Shown here piece by piece: positions 20,401 through 30,652 of a DNA stretch of 64,000 bases (its first letter is position 1; every line of letters begins with the position of its first letter). Both the position numbers and the translations under genes were made by a program. Below the pieces are notes generated by a model. That model saw only the letters and a program-made list of their open reading frames with translations. It was not told the DNA's origin and searched no databases. The stretch comes from an uncultured Thermoleophilia bacterium (GTDB taxonomy: Bacteria > Actinomycetota > Thermoleophilia > UBA2241), in assembly GCA_963715985.1 (NCBI GenBank), contig CAVQSP010000013.1:96001-160000 (forward strand). The letters run 5' to 3'.

Positions 20401-20543
20401 CACGAGACCGCGAGCCCCGCGGCGACGCCGAGGACGACCATGCCCAGCAGGATCGACCCGTCGCCGATCCCGTGACCGGCGATGGTGAGATTGACGCCCG
20501 TGCCGAAGGCGACGTCGGGGCCCTCTCGCCGAGGCTTGCTCAT
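17472..20543 (-). CDS. Membrane c-di-GMP enzyme: 2TM, GGDEF, TM, CHASE4-like, TM, HAMP, GAF, HD-GYP
   Basis: RAFDTAGRIGGEEF; DYASWPD (CHASE4-like); DEIGVVASAFDDM (HAMP); HDIGK and HERWDGTGYP; ATG 20543 overlaps the upstream TGA (ATGA). Confidence 0.85.
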   Translation of the reverse strand: MSKPRREGPDVAFGTGVNLTIAGHGIGDGSILLGMVVLGVAAGLAVSWISATQVVVAPGRATSFYLYGAAIGACAGAVSWMVARATLFRANRRLSRLASYDMLTGLANQPHFFRRLDEELSRASRLCHAVSLIVIDLDDFKSINDSFGHPVGNETLAAVAADIIDSLRAFDTAGRIGGEEFAVLLPEAGKRQALHVAERIRIAAAETAHGELPSVTVSAGVATFPGDALSTHLLLKRADDAMYAAKRAGKNATVGWSSALVAEDPEPAADERTGALPVAVSLDAALSSSENPQVTSAPASVRPPAGAPAPAASPRSWPSAWSLHGVRARFLLAFALVAVVPLGTYALVMQYRYAGSMDNVARADATAAVRGVKTALGMKADDQLNNLVDYASWPDFQKAIRSRDMAWMQSNVLGPVVDIYPIQAVAIFAMDGTLVAETDKAAADWQDPTVQAAANEKPAWGVSKSGGGLFIVTAATVTGWERKGRPAGVAVFSRLIDDGLLEELGRYSNADLGLYLDGRLTASSSSDGPHPADLSTAQAGRHHTDGEDAWTTVFANLAAPRVIPGSALQVAVDCAHLHATQRDLFWKSLAAALVCLFIALCAGGLMTTRISRPLLQLAAAARALANGEAGHKLRLDRHDEIGVVASAFDDMTGEVDRRLGELSDTVDALSSGLAELGSFGETLVDGHDIEGGIRGLAGRIRALTGSDYVRIRLTTTGRPVVSVIDGQPGGADAAIADLERRATANRLPSRLARDQRAPGEATPDVPLLLRSLLVVPITRGDTVVGTLALGRADETEYARHETALAAVIASLVAVVARSGDVYDQLEGNYFQTVTALAAAMEAKDHYTATHADVLAAIAVEIGRRFELDDGSLRILQYAAVLHDIGKIGVPGAILNKPGRLSPEEFAAIAQHTVIGERIISSIDYLLPVARIVRSAHERWDGTGYPDGLPGEAIPLEARIIFVADSFHAMTSDRPYRRRMPAEEALSEIRECAGSQFDPAVVEAFMAMRPTLEELEGTASLAVG

Positions 20544-23255
20544 CCGTCCGGAGCCTCGAGGCGAGCGATGAACGTCTCCACGATACCCGGGTCGAACTGG
20601 GTGCCCGCGCACGCGCGCAGCTCGAGGATGGCCTCCCGGTTCGAGAGCGCCTTGTGATAGGGGCGATCGCTGGTCATCGCGGAGAAGGCGTCGGCGACCG
20701 CGAGGATGCGGCCGAACAGCGGGATCTCACCACCCGCCAGGCCGCGAGGGTAGCCTGTGCCGTCGTAGCGTTCGTGATGGGAGACGACGGCGGCGCGGAT
20801 CTCCTCCACGTCGGGTATGGCGGCGATGATCGTCTCGCCGAGGGCGGAGTGTCCCTTGACGAGCTCGTACTCCGCGGTGGTGAGGCGCCCCGGCTTGCGC
20901 AGGATGCGATCGGGGATGCCGATCTTGCCGACGTCGTGGAGGAGGGCGGCGACGCGCAAGACGCGCTGGCTGGTCTCGGACAGCCCGAGGGCATCGCCGA
21001 GCGCCAGTGCGTGCTCGGTGACCTCTTCGCTGTGGTGCCGCGTGTAGCAGTCCTTGTTGTCGACCGCGGTCACCAGCGACTCGAAGAGACCGGTACGCAG
21101 CGGCCTCGTCGTCTTTGGAGGGCTGCCTCTCCTCGGCGCCGGTGACCGCGTCGCCGCCGCGGCGCTTCGACGCATACAGGTTGGCATCGGCCATCACGAC
21201 GAGCGCGTTGGCATCCTCTCCATCCTGCGGATAGGCGGCGATGCCGAAGCTGGCGTGTATCGGGATCTGCTCGCCTGCCTCTGTGACGTAGGGCGCGGCC
21301 GCGAGTGCAGCGCGCAGCTTCTCGGCCACCGCGCCGGCCGCGGTGGCCGAGGTCTCGGGCATCAGGACCAGGAACTCATCGCCGCCGTAGCGGCCGACGA
21401 CGTCCGAGCCTCGCGAGTTCACCTTCAGCAGCCCGGCGACCTGACGCAAGACGACGTCGCCGCCGGGATGCCCGTAGGTGTCGTTGAGCAGCTTGAAGCC
21501 GTCGATGTCCAGCATGGCCAGGCTGAAGTGCGTGCCGTAGCGCTGCGCACGGGCCTGCTCTCTGTCGAGGAACGTGTGGATCATGCGGTGGTTGGCCAGC
21601 CCAGTGAGGGAGTCGGTCTCGCTGAGACGGCGCAGTCGGCGCAGCAGCTTGGCGCTGCGCACGGCCTCCCCGGCCAGCTCGCCGAGGGCCGTCGCCAGAG
21701 CGATCTCGTCGTCGGTGTAGTCGTGCTCGCAGGCGCTGTCCCAGAACGCGAGGATGCCCGTGGGGCCCTCCACGGATTGCATGGGGACGGTCAGACAGCT
21801 CTTCTCTCCCCACTCCTCCATCTCCGCGCGGCTGGCGGGGTCGAGTCGCGGGTCCGAGAGCTGCTCGACGAGTGGCTGGCCCGTCTCCAGGACGGTGCGG
21901 CTCACGAGGTCACCGTCGAGCGGCAGCGGTTCGCCCAGCCTGTCCCAGCCCGATGGCGTCTTCTCCCACATCGCCCGGGCGACGATGGCGTCGCGGTCCT
22001 GGTCGTGCTCATAGGCGACGCACTCAGAGACGCCGAGCACCTCGCCGGCGCTCCGGGTCACGATCGCGAGTGCTTCCTCCACGTTCTGGGCGCTGGCCAC
22101 CGCCCGGCTGGAGGCGAACAGTGACGCCATCCTGAGAGCCTGCTCCTCCTGCGAACGAAGGACTTCCGCGTCCTTGATCGACATCGCGATCAGCTGGCAG
22201 ATCGAGATGACGTTGGCGATTTGCTCGGGATCGATCGTGCGGTCCACGCGGCTCTCGCTGATCTCGACCAGTCCTATCACCTCGTCTCGGGCGATGAGGG
22301 GCACAATCAGCATCACCCGCTCATCCCAGCGGCGCATGTCGTCCCGCTCTCTCTGCGAGAGGCGCGGATCGTCAGGCGAAGAGATCAGTACAGGCCGGCG
22401 CGTACGCATGGCCTCCTTGTCGACCGCCCAGAGGTCCGCATCCTCGCGCAGGCCCAGGTAGTCGGGATATGGCTCACCGCGCCAGACGCTGGCCAGGCAG
22501 TGCAGTGTCCCATCGTCCATCAGCCGATACACGTCGCAGTCAGGTAGCTCCACCAGCCGGCTCAGCTTCATCGACATGGACGACCAGAGTTCGCTGGGAT
22601 TGGTCGTCGAGGCGAGCTCTGCGCCGATGTCCCGGACCGCGGATTGAGCCCGGAGTATGGACATCCTGCTTCTACGCAGCGCCGTGGTCACCCATGCCAG
22701 CGTCTCGGCGACGAGGGCGCAGGCAAGGCCGACATACACGGCAGAGCTTGCCGCCTGGGCCACTTGGGCGTCGCCGTACAACGCCGGGACGATGTAGGCG
22801 ACGGCGAACAACGGCAGCAGCTTCAGCCCCGTCCACCGGGGTTGCGCCAAACCGACCCACACGAAGACGATGACGAAGAAGACGCCGTAGAGATAGGGGT
22901 CGTCGCCGCCCAGTACATTGCGGAGGGCGATCAGGCAGAATCCAACGGGCACCAGAAGCAGACTGGCCCATTGCTGCCAGGAGTCCCACGGCAGGTACCA
23001 GGTGACGATTCCCGCGGTCGCGGCGGCCAGGCCTACGAGGAGCACGCCGAGAGGATCCTCGCCGGGAGCGTTGGGCCGCACCAGGCTGGCCAGGCTCATC
23101 AGCCCGCTGGCGAAGAAGAGGACGGCCGCCGCCCGCCCGAGGAGTCGCCGCGAAAGCCATGGGCCGGCCGGTTCCCCGCCGGCCGGCGGAACGGACAGGC
23201 CTGTGAGTTCACAAGCATCGCCCGCGACCGCTGTCTCTCTCGTTCCAGCGTCCAC
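20540..23255 (-). CDS. Multi-TM, 2 GAF, GGDEF, HD-GYP protein; frameshift near 21100
   Basis: ORF 20727..23312 (TM region, GAFs, RGSDVVGRYGGDEF) continues in 20540..21187 (HDVGK, HHERYDGTGYP); GTG 23255 chosen because a promoter lies just upstream. Confidence 0.85.
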
Positions 23256-23262
23256 CGGACGT

Positions 23263-23290
23263 GTGTCGGCACCTCGCGCGAGCGCCTTGA
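23263..23290 (-). promoter_or_regulatory. sigma28/WhiG-type promoter TCAAG-N15-GCCGACAC
   Basis: Same geometry as 16392..16419; 7 nt before an in-frame GTG (leaderless-type spacing). Confidence 0.65.
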
Positions 23291-23414
23291 GCAGGCACGA
23301 CGGATGTCTCATCGCCGACGGCGCCGCGATCCAGGGATACGAGGGTGCGTGAGAGCGCTACCATTAGGCGGTGCCGGGGACTCCGGCGTTCCCTGCGATG
23401 ATCGGAGGTCGACC

Positions 23415-23720
23415 ATGGCGGACATCCCGTATCTCTTCATCTTCCTGACGCCCGGGTGTGACCCGGCGACGCATCGCGCGTCCATGGACACGCCCGAGGG
23501 CGCCGCCACAGTGGTGGGCGTCGGAGATGTCGCGCAGGCTTGTGAGGTGGCCGCCGCCGCGGCCGCGAGCGGCGAAGCGGCATTCGTGGAGTTGTGCGGC
23601 GCCTTCGGGGAGGACGGCTGCCGCGAGGTCATCGCGGCGGTCAACGGCGCGCTGCCGGTGGGCTACGTGACGTACTTCCCGGAGGAGGGGGCCAAGATCG
23701 ACGCCCTGTTCGCCTCCTGA
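23415..23720 (+). CDS. DUF6506-like small protein
   Basis: RBS GGAGG; YLFIFLTPGCDP...VVGV....A......VELCGAFG pattern. Confidence 0.75.
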   Translation: MADIPYLFIFLTPGCDPATHRASMDTPEGAATVVGVGDVAQACEVAAAAAASGEAAFVELCGAFGEDGCREVIAAVNGALPVGYVTYFPEEGAKIDALFAS

Positions 23721-23762
23721 GCCGCCGGGCGGGCGGGAGAGAAGCCGGCCGGGGCCGCAGGG

Positions 23763-25285
23763 TCAGGAGCGCCCGGCCTCCGGCGCCGATCCGCCGGGCC
23801 ACGAGCGGTACAGGCGGCGCAGCGGCGTGAGGATGGCCTCGTAGTCGGTCCAGCGGCGCTGCCAGAGGCGGGCGGCCGCCTGATCGGGCGTGAACCGCCC
23901 TCCTCGCGCCGGCGGGGCCGGCAGAGCGCGGCCGGCGGCGGCCGCGGCCAGTCGCGCCGCGCCGGCCGCGGAAGACGTCTCTTTGGGGTCGCCGATGAGC
24001 ACCTCGCGGCCGCTGGCGTCGGCGAGGCGCCGGCAGAACCACGGCTCCGCCGTGCGCCAGGCCACACGTACCTCCCCTTCGGGCAGGCCGAAGTCGCTGA
24101 GCCGCTCCAGGCAGCGGCGGCTCTCGAGCACGATGCCGTCGAGCACGGCCCGCGCCACGTCGCCGGGGCCGTGGGAGAGCCCCAGCCCCACGAGCGTGCC
24201 GCGTACGTCGTTGTCCCACAGGGCGCCCTGCTCGCCCACGCCGACGAAGGGGAGGGCCGCCGGCATCGCTGCGTCCTCGGCGGCGGCCGCGGCCTCGAAC
24301 ACGCGCGCCTGACCGTCGGCGCCGAAGCCGAGGAGCTTGGCCAGCCACTGGACGGCGGCGCCGGTGCTCACGAGGTCCATCTCCACGCCCCACCCGGTGA
24401 TGGCCAGCGGCGTGATCAGGCAGCGCCGCTGCGGGTCGGCCACCGGGGTGCTGCCGGCGCCGAGGATCACCGTACTCGTGCCCCACACATAGGCCACGGA
24501 ACCCGGTGTCACGGCGCCGAGCGCCTCCGCGGCGAGCACGGAGTCGGCGGCGCCCACGCATACCGGCAGCCCGGCGGGGAGGCCAAGTGCCGTTGCCCTG
24601 GCCGGATCCAGCGGCCGCGTGGCGGTGGACGGCGTCACCGGCGGCAGACGGCGCCCGGCCGGCCTCCTGAGACGCTCACGTGGGCCAGTGCCGCCACGTG
24701 CGGCAGCCAGTCGGCACGGCCGAGGTCGTAGCACCCGTAGCCGGTGGCCGTGCTGGGGTCGGTCGCGGCTTGTCCGGTGAGCCAGTAGAAGAGGTAGTCC
24801 TTGGCGCTCAACAACAGGGCGGCGCGCTCTGCGACCTCGGGCTGATGGGCGAGGAACCAGGCGAACATGGGCAGGAGGTAGCGGCCGTCGAGAGGCTGGC
24901 CGGTGAGCTCGTAGAGGGCCTGCCCACCGGCCTGATCGGCGATCTCCGATGCTTCGGCGTGAGCCCGGCAGTCCTCCCATGTCAAGGCCGGGTGCAGCGG
25001 CTCACCGGCCGCGTCGACCATCGCGAGGGTCGGGATCATGCCGGAGAGGCCGATGCCGCCCCAGCTCTGCGGCGGCACGCGCGCGGCGATGGTGGCGAGG
25101 GCTGCCCGCGTCGCCCCGGTCCACGAGGCGGGGTCCTGCTCCGCGAGTCCAGGCCCGGGCCGCGCCGTGTCGTACCCCTCGCGCGCCTCGGCGACGGCCG
25201 CACCGCTGCCGTCGAGCGCGACGGCCTTGAGGCTCGACGTGCCGAGGTCGAGCCCGACCCACACCGTGTCCCGGCCGTCACTCAC
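23763..25285 (-). CDS. FGGY-family carbohydrate kinase (xylulokinase-like); frameshift near 24680
   Basis: VGLDLGTSSLKA, AEQDPASW, WEDCRA, SAKDYLFYWLTG, TDPSTA; C-terminal half GAADSV, WGTS, ARAVLDG in the second frame. Confidence 0.85.
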
Positions 25286-25324
25286 GACCCGCCGCCCGGT
25301 CCGCGCCGCGCCACGGCGCGGCGC

Positions 25325-26680
25325 TCAGGAGCGCGCACGCGCGACGGCGGCGAAGGAGTCGCCGGCCCTCTCGAGGGTCTCGTCCACGTCGGCGTCGGTG
25401 TGGACGAGCGAGACGAAGAGGTTCTCGTACTGGCTGGGGTGGAAGAGCACGCCCCGCAGCAGCATCTCCTGCCACCACGTTGTGAACGCGGCCTCGTCGG
25501 CCCAGCGCTCGGCGTCGCGCCAGTCACGGATGAGGTGGTCGGTGAACCAGAGCTGGAACACCGTGCCCAGACCCTCCACGCGTACAGACAGGCCCGCGTC
25601 CTCGGCCAGCTCGCGCAGCCCCGCGGCGAGCCGGTCGCCCACGTCGCGCTGGCGCTCGTACAGGCCCGGCTCGGCGAGCACGTCCATGGTCGCCGAGACG
25701 GCGGCGCACTGCACCACGTTGGCGTTGTACGTGCCGGAGTGGGAGTACCTGCCCTCGGCGATCATGCTCATGACCTCGCGGGTGCCGCCGATGGCGGCCA
25801 CCGGGAAGCCGCCGCCGAGGCCCTTGGCCAGCGTGGTGAGGTCCGGCATCACGTCGTACCACTCCTGGGCCCCGCCGCGGCAGAAGCGGAAGCCGGTGAT
25901 GACCTCGTCGAAGATGAGAAGGGCGCCATGCCTACGCGTCTCGGCCCGCAGCAGCTCGAGGTAGCCCGGCTCCGGCAGGATGCAGCCGGTGTTGAACACC
26001 GCCGGCTCGGTGATGACGGCGGCCACCTCGTGGCCGCGCTCGTCCATGAGCCGGCTGAAGCTCTCCGGGTCGTTCCAGCTCAGCACGACGAGCGTGTCGG
26101 CGAGCTCCTGTGGCACCCCGGGGCCGGCCGCGACCGGGCGCGGATGCGCGGCCGGCCCCGCCTCCACCGGGTCGACGTGGTTGCTCCAGTACACGACGTC
26201 CTGCCAGCCGTGGTAGTGGCCCTCGAAGCGCACGAGGAGGCGGCGTCCGGTGTGGGCGCGGGCGAGGCGCACGGCCGTACCCACCGCCTCGCTGCCTGAA
26301 TTCGTGAAGCGCACCATGTCGAGGCTCGGGACCGCGTCGACCACCTTGCGTGCCGCCTCGATCTCCAGCTCGTACGGCAGGCCGAAGGAGGTGCCGTACT
26401 CGGAGATGGCGTGGGCCACCGCCGCCGTCACCGCCGGGTGCCGGTGGCCGAGGATGTCCGGGCCCAGGCCGAGCAGATAGTCGATGTACTCGTGCCCGTC
26501 CACGTCGCGCATCCGCGCGCCGCTGCCGCCGGCGATGAACGGCGGATAGGGCTTCCAGCCGAACTTGACGGTTCGGGCACTGCTTCCGGCGCCCCCGGGG
26601 ATGATCTCGCTCGCTCTCTCGAACAGCTCGCGAGAGCGGGGAGCGTACTCCGCGTACCTGGTGTCGAAACCCACGGACAT
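25325..26680 (-). CDS. Class III PLP aminotransferase (glutamate-1-semialdehyde aminomutase-like)
   Basis: DVDGHEYIDY, RFTNSGSEA, FEGHYHG, FDEVITGFR, AKGLGGGFP, SGTYNAN. Confidence 0.9.
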   Translation of the reverse strand: MSVGFDTRYAEYAPRSRELFERASEIIPGGAGSSARTVKFGWKPYPPFIAGGSGARMRDVDGHEYIDYLLGLGPDILGHRHPAVTAAVAHAISEYGTSFGLPYELEIEAARKVVDAVPSLDMVRFTNSGSEAVGTAVRLARAHTGRRLLVRFEGHYHGWQDVVYWSNHVDPVEAGPAAHPRPVAAGPGVPQELADTLVVLSWNDPESFSRLMDERGHEVAAVITEPAVFNTGCILPEPGYLELLRAETRRHGALLIFDEVITGFRFCRGGAQEWYDVMPDLTTLAKGLGGGFPVAAIGGTREVMSMIAEGRYSHSGTYNANVVQCAAVSATMDVLAEPGLYERQRDVGDRLAAGLRELAEDAGLSVRVEGLGTVFQLWFTDHLIRDWRDAERWADEAAFTTWWQEMLLRGVLFHPSQYENLFVSLVHTDADVDETLERAGDSFAAVARARS

Positions 26681-26686
26681 CTCAGC

Positions 26687-28384
26687 TCACTGCGCCGTGG
26701 TGAAGTAGTACGCCGGGTAGTCGAAGATCCACACCGGATGGAGGAAGAAGTTGCCCACGTCGGCGGTGTGCATGGAGTTCACCTTGGGCTGGTACAGCGG
26801 CACGCTCGGCGCCTGCGCCATGATGTCGTCCTGGATCTGCACGAACTGGTCGATGCGCGCGGCCGGGTCGGTGTTCGCCTGCGCCTTCGCGATGAGCGTC
26901 TCCACCTGGGGGTCCCACCAGAAGCTCGGGTTGGTACCCTCCTCGATGGCCGAGCTCTTGCTGTACAGCGGGATGATGAAGTCGCTGGGGTCGGGGAAGT
27001 CCATCCACCAGTCGTTGAGGCCCACGCCGCACTCCCCGGGCTTACCGATGAGCGTCCAGTAGGTGGCGCGGTCGAGCACCTTGAGGTCACTCGCGATGCC
27101 GATCTCCCGCAGGTCCTGCTGGACCGACTGCAGCACCTTGGGCCACGGGTCCACATTGTGCGAGTAGAGCGTGGTCTTGAAGCCGTCCGGGAAGCCGGCC
27201 TCGGCGAGCAGGCTCTTGGCCTTGGCGACGTCGTAGGGATAGGACTCACCGGCGGCGCCGTCCTGGTGCCCCTGCAGCCCGGCCGGGTACAGCTGGGTCA
27301 GGGGGTCGGCGGCGCCGCTCAGGAGCTTGATGATGCGCGTGCGGTCGATGGCCATGCTGATCGCCTGCCGCACCTTGAGGTCGTCGAACGGCTTCACGGT
27401 ACGGTTCAGGAACAGGTAGTCGATGGCGATGACGGGCTCCTCCACCACGAGCTTGGAGAACTTGGGGTCGGTCTTCACGCGCACGTAGTCGGCCGGCGGG
27501 ATGTAGTCGCCGAGGACGTTCACGTCGCCCCGCTGCAGCTTCAGGACCGCGGTGGACGGGTTCAGCGAGAACTCGAAGCGGACGGCGTCCAGGTACACCG
27601 TGTCGGGCGCGTAGTAGTTGGGGTTGCGCTGGACGAGGATCTCCCGGCCGGCCGTCCAATGGTCGAACATGTAGGGGCCGGTGCCGAGCGGGTGCCGGTT
27701 GATCTGCCGGCCCCACTTCTCCACCCACTCCCTGGCGACCACGTCGGTGAACGACATCGTCATAGCGCCCATGAAGGCCATGTCCGGCTGCTCCAGCTTG
27801 ATGACGACGGTGTACGGGTCGGGGGTCTGATAGCCGGCGATGTGCTTCGCCTTGCCGGCCATGAACGCCTCCGCACCTGCCACGCCGGTGTAGAAGCCCG
27901 TGGCCGGCGCCTTGGGATCGGCCATCATGCGCTCGAAGCTGTACTTGAAGTCGGCGGAGGTGACCTCCCGGTCCACCGGCGGTGCGAACTTGATCCCCTG
28001 CTTGAGGTGGAACGTGTACGTGGTCCCGCCGTCGGCGATGCCGCCGTTCTCCTGCGTGGGCACCTCGGTCGCGAGGTCGGGGAGCATCTCCGTGCCCGCC
28101 GTGCCGGGCTTGGCCGCGTACTGGAGGAAGGTGTTGAACAGGCAGTGCTCGATGGCCCAGCCCTGGCCTTCCCAGTCGATGGCGGGGTCCAGGCCTTGCG
28201 GCTCGCCCTGGTAGGTGGCGACGAGCGTGCCGCCCTTCACCGGCGAGCCGGTCGCGGCGGGGGAGGACGAGGCGGAGCTCGAGCCCCCGCCGCAGGCGCT
28301 CAGGGCGAGGAGGGCGACGGTGAGCAGTGTGAGAGCGGAGCAGAGAGGCACACTCGTCGCGAGGGGCCGGACGCGCAGGTGCAT
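26687..28384 (-). CDS. ABC substrate-binding lipoprotein, family 5 (OppA/DppA-like)
   Basis: Lipobox LSAC; PDLA, TYTFHLKQGIKF, PLGTGPY, VRQAISMAIDR. Confidence 0.9.
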   Translation of the reverse strand: MHLRVRPLATSVPLCSALTLLTVALLALSACGGGSSSASSSPAATGSPVKGGTLVATYQGEPQGLDPAIDWEGQGWAIEHCLFNTFLQYAAKPGTAGTEMLPDLATEVPTQENGGIADGGTTYTFHLKQGIKFAPPVDREVTSADFKYSFERMMADPKAPATGFYTGVAGAEAFMAGKAKHIAGYQTPDPYTVVIKLEQPDMAFMGAMTMSFTDVVAREWVEKWGRQINRHPLGTGPYMFDHWTAGREILVQRNPNYYAPDTVYLDAVRFEFSLNPSTAVLKLQRGDVNVLGDYIPPADYVRVKTDPKFSKLVVEEPVIAIDYLFLNRTVKPFDDLKVRQAISMAIDRTRIIKLLSGAADPLTQLYPAGLQGHQDGAAGESYPYDVAKAKSLLAEAGFPDGFKTTLYSHNVDPWPKVLQSVQQDLREIGIASDLKVLDRATYWTLIGKPGECGVGLNDWWMDFPDPSDFIIPLYSKSSAIEEGTNPSFWWDPQVETLIAKAQANTDPAARIDQFVQIQDDIMAQAPSVPLYQPKVNSMHTADVGNFFLHPVWIFDYPAYYFTTAQ

Positions 28385-28511
28385 CGGGACTCCTTTCCGG
28401 CGGCTCGACGCCCGCTCCGGACTTGGCAATATGTGCGCGATTGTACAGCGAAGTGCCTGCTATCATCGCCAAACAGGCGGCGCCCGCCGCGACGGCCCAC
28501 CAGCGGAGGTC

Positions 28512-29645
28512 ATGATGCTCGATCTCGAGACGCTCCTCGCCGAGATGGTGCGCATCGACAGCACGAACCCCGGCCTCGCCGGCGGGCCGGGCGAGGCGGC
28601 CTTCGCCGCCTACCTCACCCGGCAGATGGACGCGCTCGGCATGGAGGTCGACGTCTGGGACGTGCTGCCCGGCCGGCCCAACGTGGTCGGCCGCCTGCCC
28701 GGCAGCGGCGCCGGCCGCAGCCTGATGCTGCTCGGCCACTTGGACGTGGTGGGCCCGTGGGGCCCGGACGCGTTCGAACCCGTGGTCCGCGACGGGCGCA
28801 TGTACGGTCGCGGTGCCGCCGACATGAAGTGCGGCTTCGTGTCGGCGCTGCTGGCGGTCGAGCAGCTGATCGCCGCCGGCGAGCCCCTCGTCGGTGACGT
28901 GGTGATCGCCGGCGTCATCGACGAGGAGTGGGAGAGTGCCGGCGCGGAGGCGCTGCCGGGGCGCCGGCGCGCCGACGGCTGCGTGGTGGTCGAGTGCTCG
29001 GACCTCGACGTCATCACCGAGCACGGCGGCTTCGCCTGGTACGAGATCGAGAGCCACGGCGTGGAGGCGGCCGGCGCCGACCCGGACCGCGGCGTCGACG
29101 GGATCGCCCTGCTGGCGCCCGTGCTCGCCGGCATCACGGCGCTGGACGCGGAGCTGGAGCGGCGGCCTCGTGCCGCCTACGGGCGCGGCAGCATCCACGC
29201 GAGCACCATCTCCGGCGGCGACCAGCTGCCCGTCTACCCCGCGCGCTGCGTGCTCGGCGTGGAGCGCTGCCTGGTGGCCGGGGAGACGCTGGCGCAGGCG
29301 GCGGCGGAGATGGAGGCGCTGCTCGCCAGGGCCGGCGCGGCCGACCCGCGCTTCCGCGGCGAGCTGCGCACCGTGGTGGCGAGGGAGGCGCTGTCGCAGG
29401 CGGCGGACGAGCCGGTCATCGTCGCCGTCGCACGGGCGGCTGCGGCGGAGCTCGGCCGCCCGCCGGTGCTGCGCGGCGACATCGCCTGGGGCGACTCCGG
29501 CCTCATCGCGGAGGCCGGCATACCCGCGGCCACGTTCGGCCCCATCGGGCACGGAGAGCACACGGCCGGCGAGTGGGTGGACCTGGCATCCGTGGCGACC
29601 ACGGCGCATGTCCTGGCGGGTACCGCGCGCGCTTTCTGCGTCTGA
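28512..29645 (+). CDS. M20 family metallo-hydrolase (ArgE/DapE-like deacylase)
   Basis: GRPNVVG, GHLDVV, YGRGAADMK, DEE, EHTAGEWV. Confidence 0.9.
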   Translation: MMLDLETLLAEMVRIDSTNPGLAGGPGEAAFAAYLTRQMDALGMEVDVWDVLPGRPNVVGRLPGSGAGRSLMLLGHLDVVGPWGPDAFEPVVRDGRMYGRGAADMKCGFVSALLAVEQLIAAGEPLVGDVVIAGVIDEEWESAGAEALPGRRRADGCVVVECSDLDVITEHGGFAWYEIESHGVEAAGADPDRGVDGIALLAPVLAGITALDAELERRPRAAYGRGSIHASTISGGDQLPVYPARCVLGVERCLVAGETLAQAAAEMEALLARAGAADPRFRGELRTVVAREALSQAADEPVIVAVARAAAAELGRPPVLRGDIAWGDSGLIAEAGIPAATFGPIGHGEHTAGEWVDLASVATTAHVLAGTARAFCV

Positions 29646-29750
29646 CGCAGGCGGGCAGGAGCGCACCTCGTCCTCGCCTCGCTCGCGGAGCGCCCGCGCA
29701 CGCATGCGGACCCCGTCGGCGGCCCGTTGGCCGCCGCGCCGCGGCGGCGG

Positions 29751-29782
29751 TAGACTACGGACGTTGAAGGACCGTTCAACGT
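29751..29782 (+). promoter_or_regulatory. -10 TAGACT followed by operator-like palindrome ACGTTGAA-N6-TTCAACGT
   Basis: Perfect 8-bp inverted repeat at 29761-29782, just after TAGACT (29751-29756), upstream of the SDR-gcvP genes. Confidence 0.6.
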
Positions 29783-29801
29783 TCTGACCTTTGGGGGGCT
29801 C

Positions 29802-30590
29802 ATGGCGTACGACATGGACGGCCGGACCGTGGTCATCACCGGCGCGGCGGGAGGGATCGGCGCGGCGGTGGCCCGGCGCTTCGCCGCGGACGGAGCCGCG
29901 CTGGTGCTCGGCGACCTCAACGCCGTCGCGCTCGAGGCGCTGGCCGGCGAGCTGGCGGCCCTCACCACCGTCCACGCGCTCACGTGCGACGTCAGCGTCC
30001 CCGCCGACTGCGAGAACCTGATGACCACGGCGGTGGAGGACGCGGGGCGCATCGACGTGCTGGTCAACACGGCCGGCGTGTGGACGGAGGGCCCCAGCCA
30101 CCTGACCACCGAAGCCGAGTGGGACAAGGTCATCGGCGTCAATCTCAAGGGCACGTTCTTCTGCTGCCGCTACGCGATCCCTCATCTGCGGAAGACGGAG
30201 GGCTGCATCGTCAATCTGAGCTCTGACGCCGGTGTGGTCGGCACCCCGGAGACGGCCGTGTACACAGCTTCCAAGGGCGGCGTGAGCCTGCTGACCAAGT
30301 CGCTGGCCATCGAGCTCGCCCCCGACCTCGTGCGCTGCGTGGCCGTGTGCCCGGCCGACGTGATGACGCCCATGCTCGAGGGCCAGGCGCGCGACTTCGG
30401 CGGCGGCGACCCGGAGGCGTACTTCAAGCGCCTTCTGGCGAGCTATCCCCAGGGCGACAAGGCGCGCTTCATCACGCCGGAGCAGGTCGCCGAGCTGATC
30501 TTCTATCTGGCGAGCCCGGCGGCGGCGCCCATCACGGGCGCGCTCATCAGCATCGACTACGGCACCAGCGCCGGGTACGGCTACGCCTGA
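29802..30590 (+). CDS. SDR family oxidoreductase
   Basis: TGAAGGIG, VNTAG, YTASK. Confidence 0.9.
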   Translation: MAYDMDGRTVVITGAAGGIGAAVARRFAADGAALVLGDLNAVALEALAGELAALTTVHALTCDVSVPADCENLMTTAVEDAGRIDVLVNTAGVWTEGPSHLTTEAEWDKVIGVNLKGTFFCCRYAIPHLRKTEGCIVNLSSDAGVVGTPETAVYTASKGGVSLLTKSLAIELAPDLVRCVAVCPADVMTPMLEGQARDFGGGDPEAYFKRLLASYPQGDKARFITPEQVAELIFYLASPAAAPITGALISIDYGTSAGYGYA

Positions 30591-30652
30591 CCCGGCGCTG
30601 CGCGATCACCACTTCCCCACCGCCACGTCACGGAAGGAGAGCACGTCGGACA

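Noticed and set aside
25325-26680. Calling the aminotransferase hemL
   Set aside because: Family match only; there are no tetrapyrrole genes nearby and the context is catabolic.
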